Notes: generated by a model not told the origin, from the letters alone. DNA of 64,000 nucleotides from an uncultured Nitrospiraceae bacterium (GCA_963706325.1 CAVPLT010000007.1:768001-832000); one strand, 5' to 3'; shown: positions 1-9,678, counted from the first letter of the stretch. Made by a program: numbers and translations.

Positions 1-215
1 GTGACGGACGGTTTCTGGAGATTCTTGGCATATTCGATCCGCTGAAAAACCCGGCCGTACCGGTGCTGAAGTCGGAGCGGGTGCTGAGCTGGTTGCGGCA
101 TGGCGCTCAGCCTACCGTCACGGTGCGGACGCTGCTCAAGCGTCATGGGGTCTGGAAAGAGTTCGAGACCGAGAAAGCTCAGAAGAGCGAGAAGACGGAG
201 AAGGGCAAGAAGTAG
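1..215 (+). CDS. rpsP: 30S ribosomal protein S16, 5'-truncated by window edge
   Basis: Not in the ORF track. Manual translation of frame 3 gives DGRFLEILGIFDPLKNPAVPVLKSERVLSWLRHGAQPTVTVRTLLKRHGVW...KK*, stop TAG 213-215. S16 motifs (DGRFxE, W..GAQP) and position upstream of rimM-trmD-rplS. Confidence 0.95.
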   Translation, partial: DGRFLEILGIFDPLKNPAVPVLKSERVLSWLRHGAQPTVTVRTLLKRHGVWKEFETEKAQKSEKTEKGKK

Positions 216-225
216 CGGGGGTTTG

Positions 226-753
226 ATGGCGACGTCCGATCAAGCAGAACTCGTCACCATCGGAAGGATTGAGCGGTCCTTCGGAGTGCGAGGCGAGGCG
301 CGCGTGCGTTCGCTCAGCGATGTGCCGGGACGGCTTGAGGCACTTCGACAGGTGAGCATTGCAGGGCCTGGCGGCAAAACCATCGAAACTGTCGTGACCC
401 ACGTGCGGCCTGGTGGCCCCACATGGATTATGGGGTTCGAAGCCTTTACGACCCCGGAGCAAGTAGCTGAGTTTCGTGGAGGGTTCCTCCAGGCCCCTCG
501 CGGGGACTCGCCGACGTTGCCGGCCGATCAATACTACCAATGTGATCTGATCGGCATGCTCGTGCGGGATGAGGCCGGTACGGTGCTGGGCCGGTTGGAA
601 GGTGTTTGGGATATGTCCGACAATCAGTCGTTCGTGGTTCGGCAGGACGGGAAAGAAATCTTGATTCCCGCGGCGAAACAGGTCGTGGTGGCAGTGGACG
701 TAGCAGGGCGCGTCATGACGGTTCGATTGCCGGAAGGGTTTGGAGATCTGTAG
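226..753 (+). CDS. rimM: 16S rRNA processing protein RimM
   Basis: VTIGRIERSFGVRGE N-terminal motif, YYQCDLIG, ILIP, PEG C-terminus; conserved operon position. ATG 226 preferred over the track start at 100, which lies inside rpsP. Confidence 0.95.
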   Translation: MATSDQAELVTIGRIERSFGVRGEARVRSLSDVPGRLEALRQVSIAGPGGKTIETVVTHVRPGGPTWIMGFEAFTTPEQVAEFRGGFLQAPRGDSPTLPADQYYQCDLIGMLVRDEAGTVLGRLEGVWDMSDNQSFVVRQDGKEILIPAAKQVVVAVDVAGRVMTVRLPEGFGDL

Positions 754-754
754 G

Positions 755-1528
755 ATGCGGTGCGCCGTTCTAACATTGTTCCCGGACATGGTGGCCCCGG
801 TTCTTGGACAGAGCATGCTCAAGCGCGCCCAGGAGAAGGGGTTGCTGGAGGTGTCTGTTCAGAACTTGCGCGACCATACCTCCGATCGGCACAAAACGGC
901 AGACGATGTGCCGTATGGCGGAGGGGCTGGGATGGTCATGAAAGCCGAGCCCATCTTGCAGGCGGTCGATGCGTTGCGTGCCGCGTATTCGGCCTCGGAA
1001 CCCGTCACGGATTTGCGAGTGATCGTGCCGTCTCCACAAGGGCGGCCCTTTACGCAGGATCTGGCACAATCTTTGGCGCAGGATCAACGCGTGGTGGTGT
1101 TTGTTTGCGGGCACTATGAAGGTATCGATGCGCGCGTTCAATTGGCATTGGTTCCCGAGGAAATTTCGGTCGGTGATTATGTGCTGACAGGGGGAGAATT
1201 GGCTGCTTTGGTGATGATCGATGCGGCGGCCCGTTTAATCCCAGGCGTGCTGGGCGATGCCGCCTCGGCAATTGAAGAATCGTTTACTGAAGGATTGTTG
1301 GAATATCCGCACTATACCAGGCCCGCGGAGGTGCGAGGAATGATGGTTCCTGAGGTGTTGGTGTCGGGCCATCATGAGGCGATTCGGATGTGGCGCCGCA
1401 AGGAAGCGTTACGAAATACCTATCTGAAGCGGCCGGATTTGTTGCAGGTTCGTGAGTTTGGACCAGAGGATCAGCAATTGTTGAATGAAGTGATGCAGGA
1501 GAGTCTTGTAGACGTACCTGTTCGTTGA
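755..1528 (+). CDS. trmD: tRNA (guanine37-N1)-methyltransferase
   Basis: [48 protein letters not shown] motifs; ATG 755 directly after the rimM stop. Confidence 0.97.
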   Translation: MRCAVLTLFPDMVAPVLGQSMLKRAQEKGLLEVSVQNLRDHTSDRHKTADDVPYGGGAGMVMKAEPILQAVDALRAAYSASEPVTDLRVIVPSPQGRPFTQDLAQSLAQDQRVVVFVCGHYEGIDARVQLALVPEEISVGDYVLTGGELAALVMIDAAARLIPGVLGDAASAIEESFTEGLLEYPHYTRPAEVRGMMVPEVLVSGHHEAIRMWRRKEALRNTYLKRPDLLQVREFGPEDQQLLNEVMQESLVDVPVR

Positions 1529-1545
1529 GAGGAGGAGAGAAGATT

Positions 1546-1959
1546 ATGAATCGGCTAGAACGGATCCAGAGATCCTTAACCAAAAAGACGGCGCCCAAGT
1601 TCGAGATCGGGGATACCGTTCGTGTCCATGTCAAGGTGGTCGAGGGTGAAAAAGAGCGTATTCAGGTGTATGAAGGGACAGTGATCGCCAGAAAAGGGAC
1701 GCTGAATAGCGAAACTTTCACGGTGCGCAAGCTGTCCTATAATGTCGGCGTCGAGCGGACGTTCCCCATTCATTCACCCAATGTGGCCAAAGTCGACGTC
1801 GTCCGTCAGGGACGTGTCCGACGCGCCAAGCTTTATTATTTACGTACGAAGAAGGGTAAGTTCGCCAAGGTGGAAGACCGGGAGTTCAAGGTTGAAAGCA
1901 AAGCCCAGGTTGCAGCCAAACTCGCGGCCGCGGAAACCGCTTCGGCAGCAAAGGCCTGA
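1546..1959 (+). CDS. rplS: 50S ribosomal protein L19 with Ala/Lys-rich C-terminal extension
   Basis: [50 protein letters not shown] Shine-Dalgarno upstream of ATG 1546. Confidence 0.97.
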   Translation: MNRLERIQRSLTKKTAPKFEIGDTVRVHVKVVEGEKERIQVYEGTVIARKGTLNSETFTVRKLSYNVGVERTFPIHSPNVAKVDVVRQGRVRRAKLYYLRTKKGKFAKVEDREFKVESKAQVAAKLAAAETASAAKA

Positions 1960-2001
1960 TCCGTGCTCATTTCCATTTGACAGCAACGCAGAGGCGCACG
2001 T

Positions 2002-2676
2002 TTGGCTGGCACTTCGAACCCGACAACAGGGGGCCCCACCGAAGAGTTCGAGGTGGAGGCCAGATGCTGCGGGTACCGACGCATCGCCGGTCTTGATGAG
2101 GCTGGACGTGGGCCTCTCGCCGGGCCCGTCGTCGCGGCGGCAGTGGTATTGCCGCGTCGCTGTCGGCTCGCTGGATTAAACGATTCCAAACAGGTCGGCG
2201 AGCCGGATCGTATCCGGCTGTTCGCGGAAATCGTTCGTCGGGCAAGGGGCATCGGCATCGGATCCGCGAGTGAAGCGGAGATCGACCGTCTCAATATTCT
2301 TGAAGCGACCCGATTGGCCATGCGGCGCGCTTTGCAAGCGCTCCCGCTCACGCCGGATTTTCTCCTGTTGGACGCTCTGAGTCTTCCCGGGATTTCGGTT
2401 CGACAGCGTCCCATTATCAAAGGCGACGGACTATCATGTTCTATTGCCGCGGCGTCTATTATTGCCAAGGTTACGCGCGATCGATTGATGGTCGAGTATC
2501 ACCGCTGGTACCCTCAATACAATTTTGCCGAACATAAGGGGTACAGTACCCCACAGCATTTGCGACTCCTGCGAGAGCACGGACCCTGTGCGATCCACCG
2601 TTGTACGTTTGCGCCCGTTCAGCATCTTCTTACCGGATCTGTGACAGACTTCGATACGGATTCCTTCGATACGTGA
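2002..2676 (+). CDS. rnhB: Ribonuclease HII
   Basis: AGLDEAGRGPLAGPVVAAAV, NDSK, KGD..SIAAASIIAKVTRD, HKGY motifs. Start (TTG 2002) is uncertain. Confidence 0.95.
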   Translation: MAGTSNPTTGGPTEEFEVEARCCGYRRIAGLDEAGRGPLAGPVVAAAVVLPRRCRLAGLNDSKQVGEPDRIRLFAEIVRRARGIGIGSASEAEIDRLNILEATRLAMRRALQALPLTPDFLLLDALSLPGISVRQRPIIKGDGLSCSIAAASIIAKVTRDRLMVEYHRWYPQYNFAEHKGYSTPQHLRLLREHGPCAIHRCTFAPVQHLLTGSVTDFDTDSFDT

Positions 2677-2693
2677 CAGCCGGCGACCATTCC

Positions 2694-3080
2694 ATGCGAG
2701 ACCCCCGTCGTACATTAGGCGATGAAGGAGAAGGCCGCGCGGAGGCCTTTCTGCGAGCGCAAGGATTTCGAATTCTTGGCCGCAATGTGCGTTCACCATT
2801 AGGCGAACTCGATTTGGTGGCCGATGATCAGGGAGTGCTGGTATTCGTTGAGGTCAAACGGCGGCGCACGGGAGCTTTCGGCGGTGCGATCGAAGCGGTG
2901 GATGCGCGGAAGCGTGCCAAATTGATTCAGCTGGCCGCGCAATATCTTGCCCAACATCGTATTCGAAATCGCGCGTGCCGGTTCGATGTCATATTAATAC
3001 AGGACAATGCCGGGTCTGCAGAGGCCGTGCAGCATATAACGAATGCGTTCGACCTCGATGGGGATGATCTGCGATGGTAG
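2694..3080 (+). CDS. yraN: YraN/UPF0102 family predicted endonuclease
   Basis: GE..A..FL..G..IL.RN, GELDLVA, LVFVEVK, RFDVI, HITNAF. Alternative GTG start at 2673 overlaps the rnhB stop. Confidence 0.9.
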   Translation: MRDPRRTLGDEGEGRAEAFLRAQGFRILGRNVRSPLGELDLVADDQGVLVFVEVKRRRTGAFGGAIEAVDARKRAKLIQLAAQYLAQHRIRNRACRFDVILIQDNAGSAEAVQHITNAFDLDGDDLRW

Positions 3081-3180
3081 GATGGAGGCGAGTGCCATTG
3101 TGGTCGATGTCCTTCCGTCCGCATTAAGGGCAGGGTTTCCGTGCAAACACATAGCTGAACTCCCGTAGTTGTCACGATCC

Positions 3181-3849
3181 ATGATTCAACTCTTCCACGT
3201 CTCAAAATACTATGACCGTCGCTTGGCGCTCTCGGACATTACGCTCGAAGTCGAGAAAGGGGAATTTATTCTCCTCATGGGCCCAAGCGGGGCGGGAAAA
3301 TCAACGCTCTTAAAGTTACTGATCGGCGCAGAGCGACCGGAAGAAGGGCAGATATTCGTGCAGGGCCGCAGCTTGGCAAAGTTGCGATCGTCTGAAATCC
3401 CCTTGCTGCGTCGGAAAGTAGGCGTCGTCCTCCAAGATTTCCATCTCCTGCCCAAGAAAACCGTCTTTGACAACGTCTCATTGCCCCTCCTGGTTCAAGG
3501 CTCCGCCAATGGTGAAATCCGACGGAAAGTGACTGAGGCCCTGCGCGCGGTCGGGCTGGACCATAAGAAGGATCTTTTGCCGCCGGGGCTATCCACCGGC
3601 GAGCAGCAACGAATTTGTATCGCCCGGGCGATCGTGAACGGTCCGATTGTGCTGCTGGCCGACGAACCGACGGGGAATTTGGATCCAGACTTGACGAGCG
3701 AAATCATCGAACTCTTCAAATCGATCAATGCCCGTGGCACAACCGTGATTGTCGCCACGCACGATCCCAACGTATTGGCCCAGGTCAATCGCCGGGTGAT
3801 TACGTTGGACCACGGCAAGCTGGTGTCGAATGAACAGGTGTCTGCATGA
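3181..3849 (+). CDS. ftsE: Cell division ATP-binding protein FtsE
   Basis: Walker A GPSGAGKST, LSTGEQQR signature, LLADEPTGNLD; followed by ftsX with ATGA overlap. Confidence 0.93.
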   Translation: MIQLFHVSKYYDRRLALSDITLEVEKGEFILLMGPSGAGKSTLLKLLIGAERPEEGQIFVQGRSLAKLRSSEIPLLRRKVGVVLQDFHLLPKKTVFDNVSLPLLVQGSANGEIRRKVTEALRAVGLDHKKDLLPPGLSTGEQQRICIARAIVNGPIVLLADEPTGNLDPDLTSEIIELFKSINARGTTVIVATHDPNVLAQVNRRVITLDHGKLVSNEQVSA

Positions 3850-4745
3850 GACGCCTCCTGTATCTCCTGCGGGAGGCCCTGGCCAATGTATTGACGAACC
3901 GGACCACGACGGTGGTGGCGGTGGCGACAACTGCCTTCACCTTTGCATGCGTGGGGGTTTTTTTACTGCTCTATGTCAATCTACGGGCGATGGCATCGTC
4001 TCTAGAGCAGGATATCCAGGTCATGGTCTATCTTCAGGACGACGTGACCGGTCAGGTAAGAAGCGAGATTGAGCAACAGTTGAAAGCGGATCGGGCGGTT
4101 GCGGCACTGACCTTTGTCTCTAAAGAGCAGGCGCTGGCTGATTTTCAAGCGCAGTTTCCGGCCGAATCACATCTACTACAAGGGCTGGGACAGAATCCAT
4201 TGCCGGCGTCGTTCGTCGTGACATTGGCGGCGGAGACCCGTTCGTCCGATTCGATGCGACGCTGGGCAGATGGTGCGCAGCTGATCACGGGGGTGGGACA
4301 AGTCCAGTACAACCAGGCCTGGGTCGAGGCGTTGGCCAGCATGGTCAGGTACATTGAGCTCGCTGCCATTATCGTCGGCGTCATTCTGTCTGCCGCATCG
4401 GTGACGATCATCGCCAACACGATTCGCTTAGCGCTGTATTCCCGCCGCGAAGAAATCGAGATTCTCGGCATGATTGGGGCGAGTACGGCTTTTATTCGCG
4501 TGCCCTATCTACTCGAAGGTGCGGCGCTGGGTTTACTCGGCAGTGCGCTGTCCTTGGTGATCCTAAAAGCCGGGTTCGAGTTGTTTCGGCATGAAATCCG
4601 GTCTGCCAGCCGCTTTCTCGGTGTGGATGCGTTGCTCACTTTTTTCCCCTGGGAGATGTGTCTCGTGCTGGTGCTGGTGGGATTGTTTCTCGGCTGCGCC
4701 GGAAGTTTCCTCTCATTGCTCCGGTTCGGAGAGGGACGCGCATGA
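3846..4745 (+). CDS. ftsX: Cell division permease FtsX
   Basis: Four TM segments, NPLPASF loop motif, IANTIRLALYSRREEIEI..IGA...FIRVPYLLEG. Confidence 0.93.
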   Translation: MRRLLYLLREALANVLTNRTTTVVAVATTAFTFACVGVFLLLYVNLRAMASSLEQDIQVMVYLQDDVTGQVRSEIEQQLKADRAVAALTFVSKEQALADFQAQFPAESHLLQGLGQNPLPASFVVTLAAETRSSDSMRRWADGAQLITGVGQVQYNQAWVEALASMVRYIELAAIIVGVILSAASVTIIANTIRLALYSRREEIEILGMIGASTAFIRVPYLLEGAALGLLGSALSLVILKAGFELFRHEIRSASRFLGVDALLTFFPWEMCLVLVLVGLFLGCAGSFLSLLRFGEGRA

Positions 4746-5935
4746 CTCGGATTACGTGTGGATTCGTCGTAGTTCTCATGCATATGGCCTTTTTCGCCCC
4801 TGCCACCGCTTCCGCCGAACGTAAGGATTCCTATGCGGACAAGATCGAACGGGAAAAGAGAACGCTGGAAAAGTTGCGCGGCACGATTGTCGAAAAACGA
4901 AAGAAGGCGGACGAAGCGGAAAAAAAACGGGAGTCGGTTTTGCAGGGTCTCCAGTCCTTGGATGAGCGCCTCGTCCGCTACCGGCAGGAGCACCAAGACA
5001 TTCGTAAGCAGCTGAAGAAGAAAGACATTGAAATCGAGCATATGAGCGTACAGTTGAGCCGGCTGTCGGAGCGTATCGATGAGCGTCAGGATGCCATTGC
5101 CGCTCGTTTGCGGGTCCAATATATCGAAGGGCGATTTTGGCATCTAAAGACACTGCTCGCCGCCAGTTCTTCGGGGGATTTTCAGCGGCGGTTCCGGTAT
5201 CTATCGGCGGTGACGCAGCGGGAATACGAGATTATGGAACGCTACCAAAAGGATGCCGAGCGGATCGCTGAGGTCGAACGAAGCAGAGAAGAAGCCCGCC
5301 AGGGCATCTTGGCTTATAAAACCAGCACCGAAGAGAAATTGGCGCAGATTCGGGGGTTGAAGAAAGAGAAAAGGGTCTATCTGGCTAAAATTACTCAAGA
5401 AAAAGAGTCGCATGATCGCGCGGTGGCAGAATTGGAGCGTTCCGCCTCGCGGGTAGATAGCCTGTTGCAAGAGCTGGAGACTCGGCGCCGCGCGGCAATG
5501 GCATCTCGGTTACCGTCCGTGGCCGGAGGGCTTAAAGCGCTCCGTGGAACCCTTCTTTGGCCCACTGACGGACAGGTCGTCTCCTATTTCGGCAGGCAGA
5601 AACATCCAACCTTTAATACCTACATTCAACGAAAAGGGATTGAGATTCGCGTTGCAGAAGGGAGTAATATACGGTCGGTGCTTGCCGGACAGGTCGTATA
5701 TGCGGACTGGTTGAAAGGCTATGGACTCGTTATAATTGTGGATCATGCCAACGGAGTTTTTTCCCTCTACGCCCACGCGTCGAAAATTCTGACTTCCGTC
5801 GGAGCCAAAATTGAAGCGGGGGAGACGATCGGAGAAACCGGAGACACGGGCATGACGGGTGAGAATACGCTTTATTTTGAGTTGCGTCAGGGGGCAGAAC
5901 CGGTGGATCCCCTGGTGTGGCTTTCAAAACGCTAG
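4742..5935 (+). CDS. envC: EnvC-like murein hydrolase activator (coiled coil plus degenerate M23/LytM domain)
   Basis: Signal peptide, long coiled coil, C-terminal WPTDG...RKGIEI...GYGLVIIVDH..SLYAH...LYFELR (Zn ligands degenerate); located after ftsEX. Confidence 0.85.
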   Translation: MTRITCGFVVVLMHMAFFAPATASAERKDSYADKIEREKRTLEKLRGTIVEKRKKADEAEKKRESVLQGLQSLDERLVRYRQEHQDIRKQLKKKDIEIEHMSVQLSRLSERIDERQDAIAARLRVQYIEGRFWHLKTLLAASSSGDFQRRFRYLSAVTQREYEIMERYQKDAERIAEVERSREEARQGILAYKTSTEEKLAQIRGLKKEKRVYLAKITQEKESHDRAVAELERSASRVDSLLQELETRRRAAMASRLPSVAGGLKALRGTLLWPTDGQVVSYFGRQKHPTFNTYIQRKGIEIRVAEGSNIRSVLAGQVVYADWLKGYGLVIIVDHANGVFSLYAHASKILTSVGAKIEAGETIGETGDTGMTGENTLYFELRQGAEPVDPLVWLSKR

Positions 5936-5960
5936 GTCTCGGAAGGAAGGAACCCACGTT

Positions 5961-7307
5961 ATGGAACAGCGGCGGAGCCGACGGTGGTTGTATCTCTTAT
6001 TGATGGTGACGGTAGCCCTCGGGATCGGCATTGTGCTGGAAAAGGGTCTGGAACGAACCGGGCACGCGTCCGAAACTTATGAAGAACTTCGCACCTTTTC
6101 CGAGGTCTTGACGCAAGTGCAGAAACACTATGTCGATGATACGAAGGTGAAAGACCTCGTCCAGGGCGCGATCCGCGGGATGCTGTCGACGTTGGATCCG
6201 CACTCAGCCTACATGACGCCTGACATGTACAAAGAAATGCAGGTTGAGACGAAAGGTGAGTTCGGCGGAGTGGGGATTCAGATCGGCGTGAAGGAGAATC
6301 GGCTGGCCGTTATCGCCCCTATTGAAGGGACGCCGGCGCATCGGGCTGGCATTAAAGCGGGCGATTTCATTACCAAGGTTAATGACGAGACCACCAAAGA
6401 TCTGACGCTGATGGATGCCGTGCAGAAAATGCGCGGGCCTAAAGGCACGAAGGTCAATCTCACTATTCAACGCGACGGGACAACGGATCCACTGGCGTTT
6501 TCACTTGTGCGGGACACCATCAAGATCGAAAGCGTCAAGTTCAAGGTTATCGACAACACTATAGGGTATGTACGATTGACGCAGTTTCAGGAAGCCACGG
6601 GAAGAGATCTGGGCCGGGCGCTCAAGCAATTCAAAGAGCAGAAGCTACAGGGAACAGTCCTCGACTTGCGAAATAACCCCGGGGGATTGTTGACGGCGGC
6701 GGTAGATGTGTCGGAGCAATTCGTGGGGAACGGGAAGTTGATCGTCTACACTAAGGGCCGCGAGGGGAAGAAAGACGAGTGGTTCTCCAAGACCAAGGAG
6801 ACACTGGAGGACTCCCCGATGATCATCCTGGTGAACGAAGGATCAGCCAGTGCATCGGAGATTGTAGCCGGCGCCTTGCAGGACTGGGGACGGGCCGTCA
6901 TTGTCGGCACCACCTCATTCGGCAAGGGCTCCGTGCAGACGATTTTGCCGCTCGGCGATGGATCTGGCCTTCGCCTCACCACCGCCAAGTACTACACCCC
7001 GAAGGGGCGTTCCATCCAGTCAACCGGCATTACACCGGATATTGTGGTGAAACTGCAGGCGCAGACTGTGGCAAAGGCGGCTGAAAAGGATGGCAAAGAG
7101 GGGGAGTCCAAAGCCGCAAAATCTCCGGCCAGTGCAAAGGACTCACCCGCTCCGCTGAAATCCGGTGAGGATTCCACGCACAAGAACGGTGCCGCACCGG
7201 CGGTCGAAGCTGCTGGGGAGCTCTCTATGGAGGACGATCTTCAGCTTCAAAAGGCGGTTGAACTGTTGAAGACCTGGAAGATCTTCAAGGAGCTTCGTCC
7301 CGCGTAA
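5961..7307 (+). CDS. ctpA: Carboxyl-terminal processing protease, S41 family with PDZ domain
   Basis: LDPHSAY, GEFGGVGI (PDZ), LDLRNNPGG, SASASEIVAGAL (catalytic Ser), SFGKGSVQ (catalytic Lys). Confidence 0.93.
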   Translation: MEQRRSRRWLYLLLMVTVALGIGIVLEKGLERTGHASETYEELRTFSEVLTQVQKHYVDDTKVKDLVQGAIRGMLSTLDPHSAYMTPDMYKEMQVETKGEFGGVGIQIGVKENRLAVIAPIEGTPAHRAGIKAGDFITKVNDETTKDLTLMDAVQKMRGPKGTKVNLTIQRDGTTDPLAFSLVRDTIKIESVKFKVIDNTIGYVRLTQFQEATGRDLGRALKQFKEQKLQGTVLDLRNNPGGLLTAAVDVSEQFVGNGKLIVYTKGREGKKDEWFSKTKETLEDSPMIILVNEGSASASEIVAGALQDWGRAVIVGTTSFGKGSVQTILPLGDGSGLRLTTAKYYTPKGRSIQSTGITPDIVVKLQAQTVAKAAEKDGKEGESKAAKSPASAKDSPAPLKSGEDSTHKNGAAPAVEAAGELSMEDDLQLQKAVELLKTWKIFKELRPA

Positions 7308-7773
7308 CCGACATGGTCCGTTGTTGCTCGCGGATGGCCGCAATGAGCGATTCTTCTGACCCTGAAAATCCTGGTTGTGTCCTCAATAAATGTGATGCAA
7401 CCAGGGTTTCTAGGTCGGCCAGGCTGCGGATATTCAACCGGAAATACAGGTAACTGACTAACGCATCGGACAGTCCCGGCAGTGAGGTCCATCCCGCAAC
7501 TTCCTCAGGAAGTGGGGTCTTGAGCTCTTCATAAGCGCGAATGGTTCCCGTCGCAAGAAACTCCTCTATCTTTTCCGCCAAGTCGCGTCCGACTCCAGGG
7601 ATGGCCTGCAAGTGGTGCTGCGCCGCGAGGTCGGCGAGGTCTCCTGAAATGGTCAGGACTGAGTCGGCCGCTTTTCTGTAAGCACGTATCCGGTAGGGGT
7701 TGGCGCGTCGAGTGGCGAGAAGATTTGCCATAGCGCGGAAGAGTTGTGCGAGTTGGGTGGTGCGGTCATCCAT
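7285..7773 (-). CDS. DNA polymerase X family N-terminal (8 kDa lyase/HhH) domain-only protein, 162 aa
   Basis: NPYRIRAYRKAA and IPGVGRDLAEKIEEF..TG...YEELK match the PolX/Pol beta N-terminus; the ORF ends before palm and PHP domains. ATG 7773 chosen. Confidence 0.8.
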   Translation of the reverse strand: MDDRTTQLAQLFRAMANLLATRRANPYRIRAYRKAADSVLTISGDLADLAAQHHLQAIPGVGRDLAEKIEEFLATGTIRAYEELKTPLPEEVAGWTSLPGLSDALVSYLYFRLNIRSLADLETLVASHLLRTQPGFSGSEESLIAAIREQQRTMSVTRDEAP

Positions 7774-7850
7774 AGCTTTACATGATCGTTGTGTTTTCGT
7801 GTTATTGTGCGGCGAATGAAGGGCAAACAACAAGGCCTCGAGGGGTTCGG

Positions 7851-7880
7851 TTGACATTCGGTTTTCCCGTTTCATAGGAT
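7851..7880 (+). promoter_or_regulatory. Putative sigma70 promoter of thiS-thiG-thiE
   Basis: TTGACA (7851-7856), 18 nt spacer, TAGGAT (7875-7880), 21 nt upstream of thiS. Confidence 0.55.
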
Positions 7881-7901
7881 GACCTCACGGAGTGAGATAT
7901 T

Positions 7902-8111
7902 GTGGCGACCATTCAAGTTAATGGTGAATATCGCGGGGTCAGCGATGGGCAGACGGTAGCGGCCTTGCTCCATGAATTGGACATTCGGGTCGATCGGGTG
8001 GCTGTCGAGTTGAACCTGGAGATCCTTGATCGAGGTGATTTCGACAGCCGCGGTCTCCGGGAGGGAGATCGGGTGGAAATATTGAGCTTTATCGGGGGGG
8101 GGGCGGGGTAA
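7902..8111 (+). CDS. thiS: Sulfur carrier protein ThiS
   Basis: [31 protein letters not shown]; directly upstream of thiG; ends GGGAG*. Confidence 0.93.
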   Translation: MATIQVNGEYRGVSDGQTVAALLHELDIRVDRVAVELNLEILDRGDFDSRGLREGDRVEILSFIGGGAG

Positions 8112-8118
8112 TCTATCT

Positions 8119-8898
8119 ATGGATACGATCAACGATCGGTTAGTGATTGCCGGAAGAGAATTCAAGTCTCGCCTCTGGGTCGGGACTGGAAAATACAAGA
8201 ATTTCGTGGAAACCAAGAAAGCGATCGACGCGTCCGGGGCGGACGTGGTGACCGTCGCGGTTCGTCGGGTGAATATTACGGATCGCTCCCAAGAGAATCT
8301 TCTGGACTATCTTGACCCGAAAAAATATATCATTTTGCCGAACACTGCTGGCTGTTACACGGTGGAGGACGCCGTACGGTATGCCCGTTTGGCGCGAGCG
8401 GCCGGCGTGTCTGATTTGGTGAAGCTGGAAGTCTTGGGCGATGAGAAGACCCTATTTCCCGACACGGCGGGCTTAATCGAAGCCGCGAAGATTCTCATCA
8501 AAGAAGGGTTCATCGTGCTGCCCTATACGAACGACGATCCGATCGTTGCAAGGAAGTTGGTGGACATCGGCTGTCCTGCCGTCATGCCGCTGGCGGCTCC
8601 CATCGGCTCTGGCCTCGGTATCAGGAATCCGTATAATTTGAAAATCATCATGGAGACGGTGAAGGTGCCGATCATCGTGGATGCAGGCGTTGGAACGGCG
8701 TCTGATGCCGCGCTAGCGATGGAATATGGCGCGGACGCGGTTCTTATGAATACGGCTATCGCGGGTGCGCAGGATCCTCTTGCGATGGCTGAAGCCATGA
8801 AATACGCCGTCTGGGCCGGTCGCTTGGCCCATAAAGCGGGACGTATCCCTCGCAAACTCTACGCAACAGCCAGCAGCCCGATTGAGGGCATGCTCTAA
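8119..8898 (+). CDS. thiG: Thiazole synthase
   Basis: [53 protein letters not shown]. Confidence 0.97.
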   Translation: MDTINDRLVIAGREFKSRLWVGTGKYKNFVETKKAIDASGADVVTVAVRRVNITDRSQENLLDYLDPKKYIILPNTAGCYTVEDAVRYARLARAAGVSDLVKLEVLGDEKTLFPDTAGLIEAAKILIKEGFIVLPYTNDDPIVARKLVDIGCPAVMPLAAPIGSGLGIRNPYNLKIIMETVKVPIIVDAGVGTASDAALAMEYGADAVLMNTAIAGAQDPLAMAEAMKYAVWAGRLAHKAGRIPRKLYATASSPIEGML

Positions 8899-8957
8899 GC
8901 CAGTTGTGTGTCCTGGTCGAGTGCTGAGTGCCCTTTCCAAGTTCAGAATTCCTTTGA

Positions 8958-9584
8958 ATGCCTTCCATCGATTTCCGTCTGTATCTAGTCACTGACCGTC
9001 ATCAAACCATGGGACGTCCCCTCTTGTCGCTTGTGGGACGAGCCGTACGAGCCGGGGTGCGCGCAGTGCAACTGCGCGAACGGGATTTGCCGATCCGTGA
9101 GCTGCTTGTCTTGGCGACGGAGTTTCGACGCGAGATGCCGGAAGCCAAGCTTTTTATCAACGACCGCGTGGATCTGGCTCTCGCACTCGACGCTCATGGC
9201 GTCCACTTGCGTGAGAGCAGCCTGCCGACCCCGGAGGTTCGAGGCGTGTTGCACCCGCGACAATTGATTGGCCGGTCCGTTCACTCCCTTGAAGGTGTTG
9301 CATCGGCAGAACGTCACGGGGCAGATTTCGTGGTGTTAGGTCCGATCTATGAGACGCCGTCGAAGCAAGTGTACGGACCGCCGCTCGGGCTAGGTTTGCT
9401 CGAACAGGCCTCGCGCACGGCCCGCATTCCGATCTTTGCGATCGGCGGAGTCACAGCCGCGCGCGCGTGTGAGGTGCGGGGTGCGGGGGGCTTCGGTGTC
9501 GCCGTATCGTCGTCGATTTTGAGCGCCTCAAATGTTGAGCAGGCGACCGAGGCACTGCGCGCTGCGATCGAGCGTGCAGGATGA
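8958..9584 (+). CDS. thiE: Thiamine-phosphate synthase family protein (ThiE/TenI)
   Basis: LYLVTD, VQLRER, INDRVDLA..A.GVHL, GRSVH, GPIYETPSK, AIGG. ThiE cannot be separated from TenI with certainty. Confidence 0.75.
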   Translation: MPSIDFRLYLVTDRHQTMGRPLLSLVGRAVRAGVRAVQLRERDLPIRELLVLATEFRREMPEAKLFINDRVDLALALDAHGVHLRESSLPTPEVRGVLHPRQLIGRSVHSLEGVASAERHGADFVVLGPIYETPSKQVYGPPLGLGLLEQASRTARIPIFAIGGVTAARACEVRGAGGFGVAVSSSILSASNVEQATEALRAAIERAG

Positions 9585-9649
9585 TGCGACGTGTCCCCTG
9601 TCTTGAATGCGCGTCGAGAGCTGCTTCCCGAGATGCTTGCGCAGTGCAG

Positions 9650-9678
9650 TTGACCACCCCACATGTGGATGTTAGAAT
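9650..9678 (+). promoter_or_regulatory. Putative sigma70 promoter of the proteasome operon
   Basis: TTGACC (9650-9655), 17 nt spacer, TAGAAT (9673-9678) preceded by TGn (extended -10). Confidence 0.65.

Noticed and set aside
100..225. N-terminal extensions in the ORF track (rimM, and likewise thiL, galU, lpxI, the Gfo/Idh/MocA gene and the GTs at 52252, 53951, 54975)
   Set aside because: They overlap upstream genes or promoters; downstream starts fit family N-termini and stop-start coupling better.
4920..4927. A8 run in the envC-like gene
   Set aside because: The ORF is continuous through GAA AAA AAA CGG; there is no frame break.
7774..7901. Expected TPP riboswitch upstream of thiS-thiG-thiE
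   Set aside because: No CTGAGA...CCTGA-type THI-box core is seen, and the promoter lies about 20 nt from the start codon.
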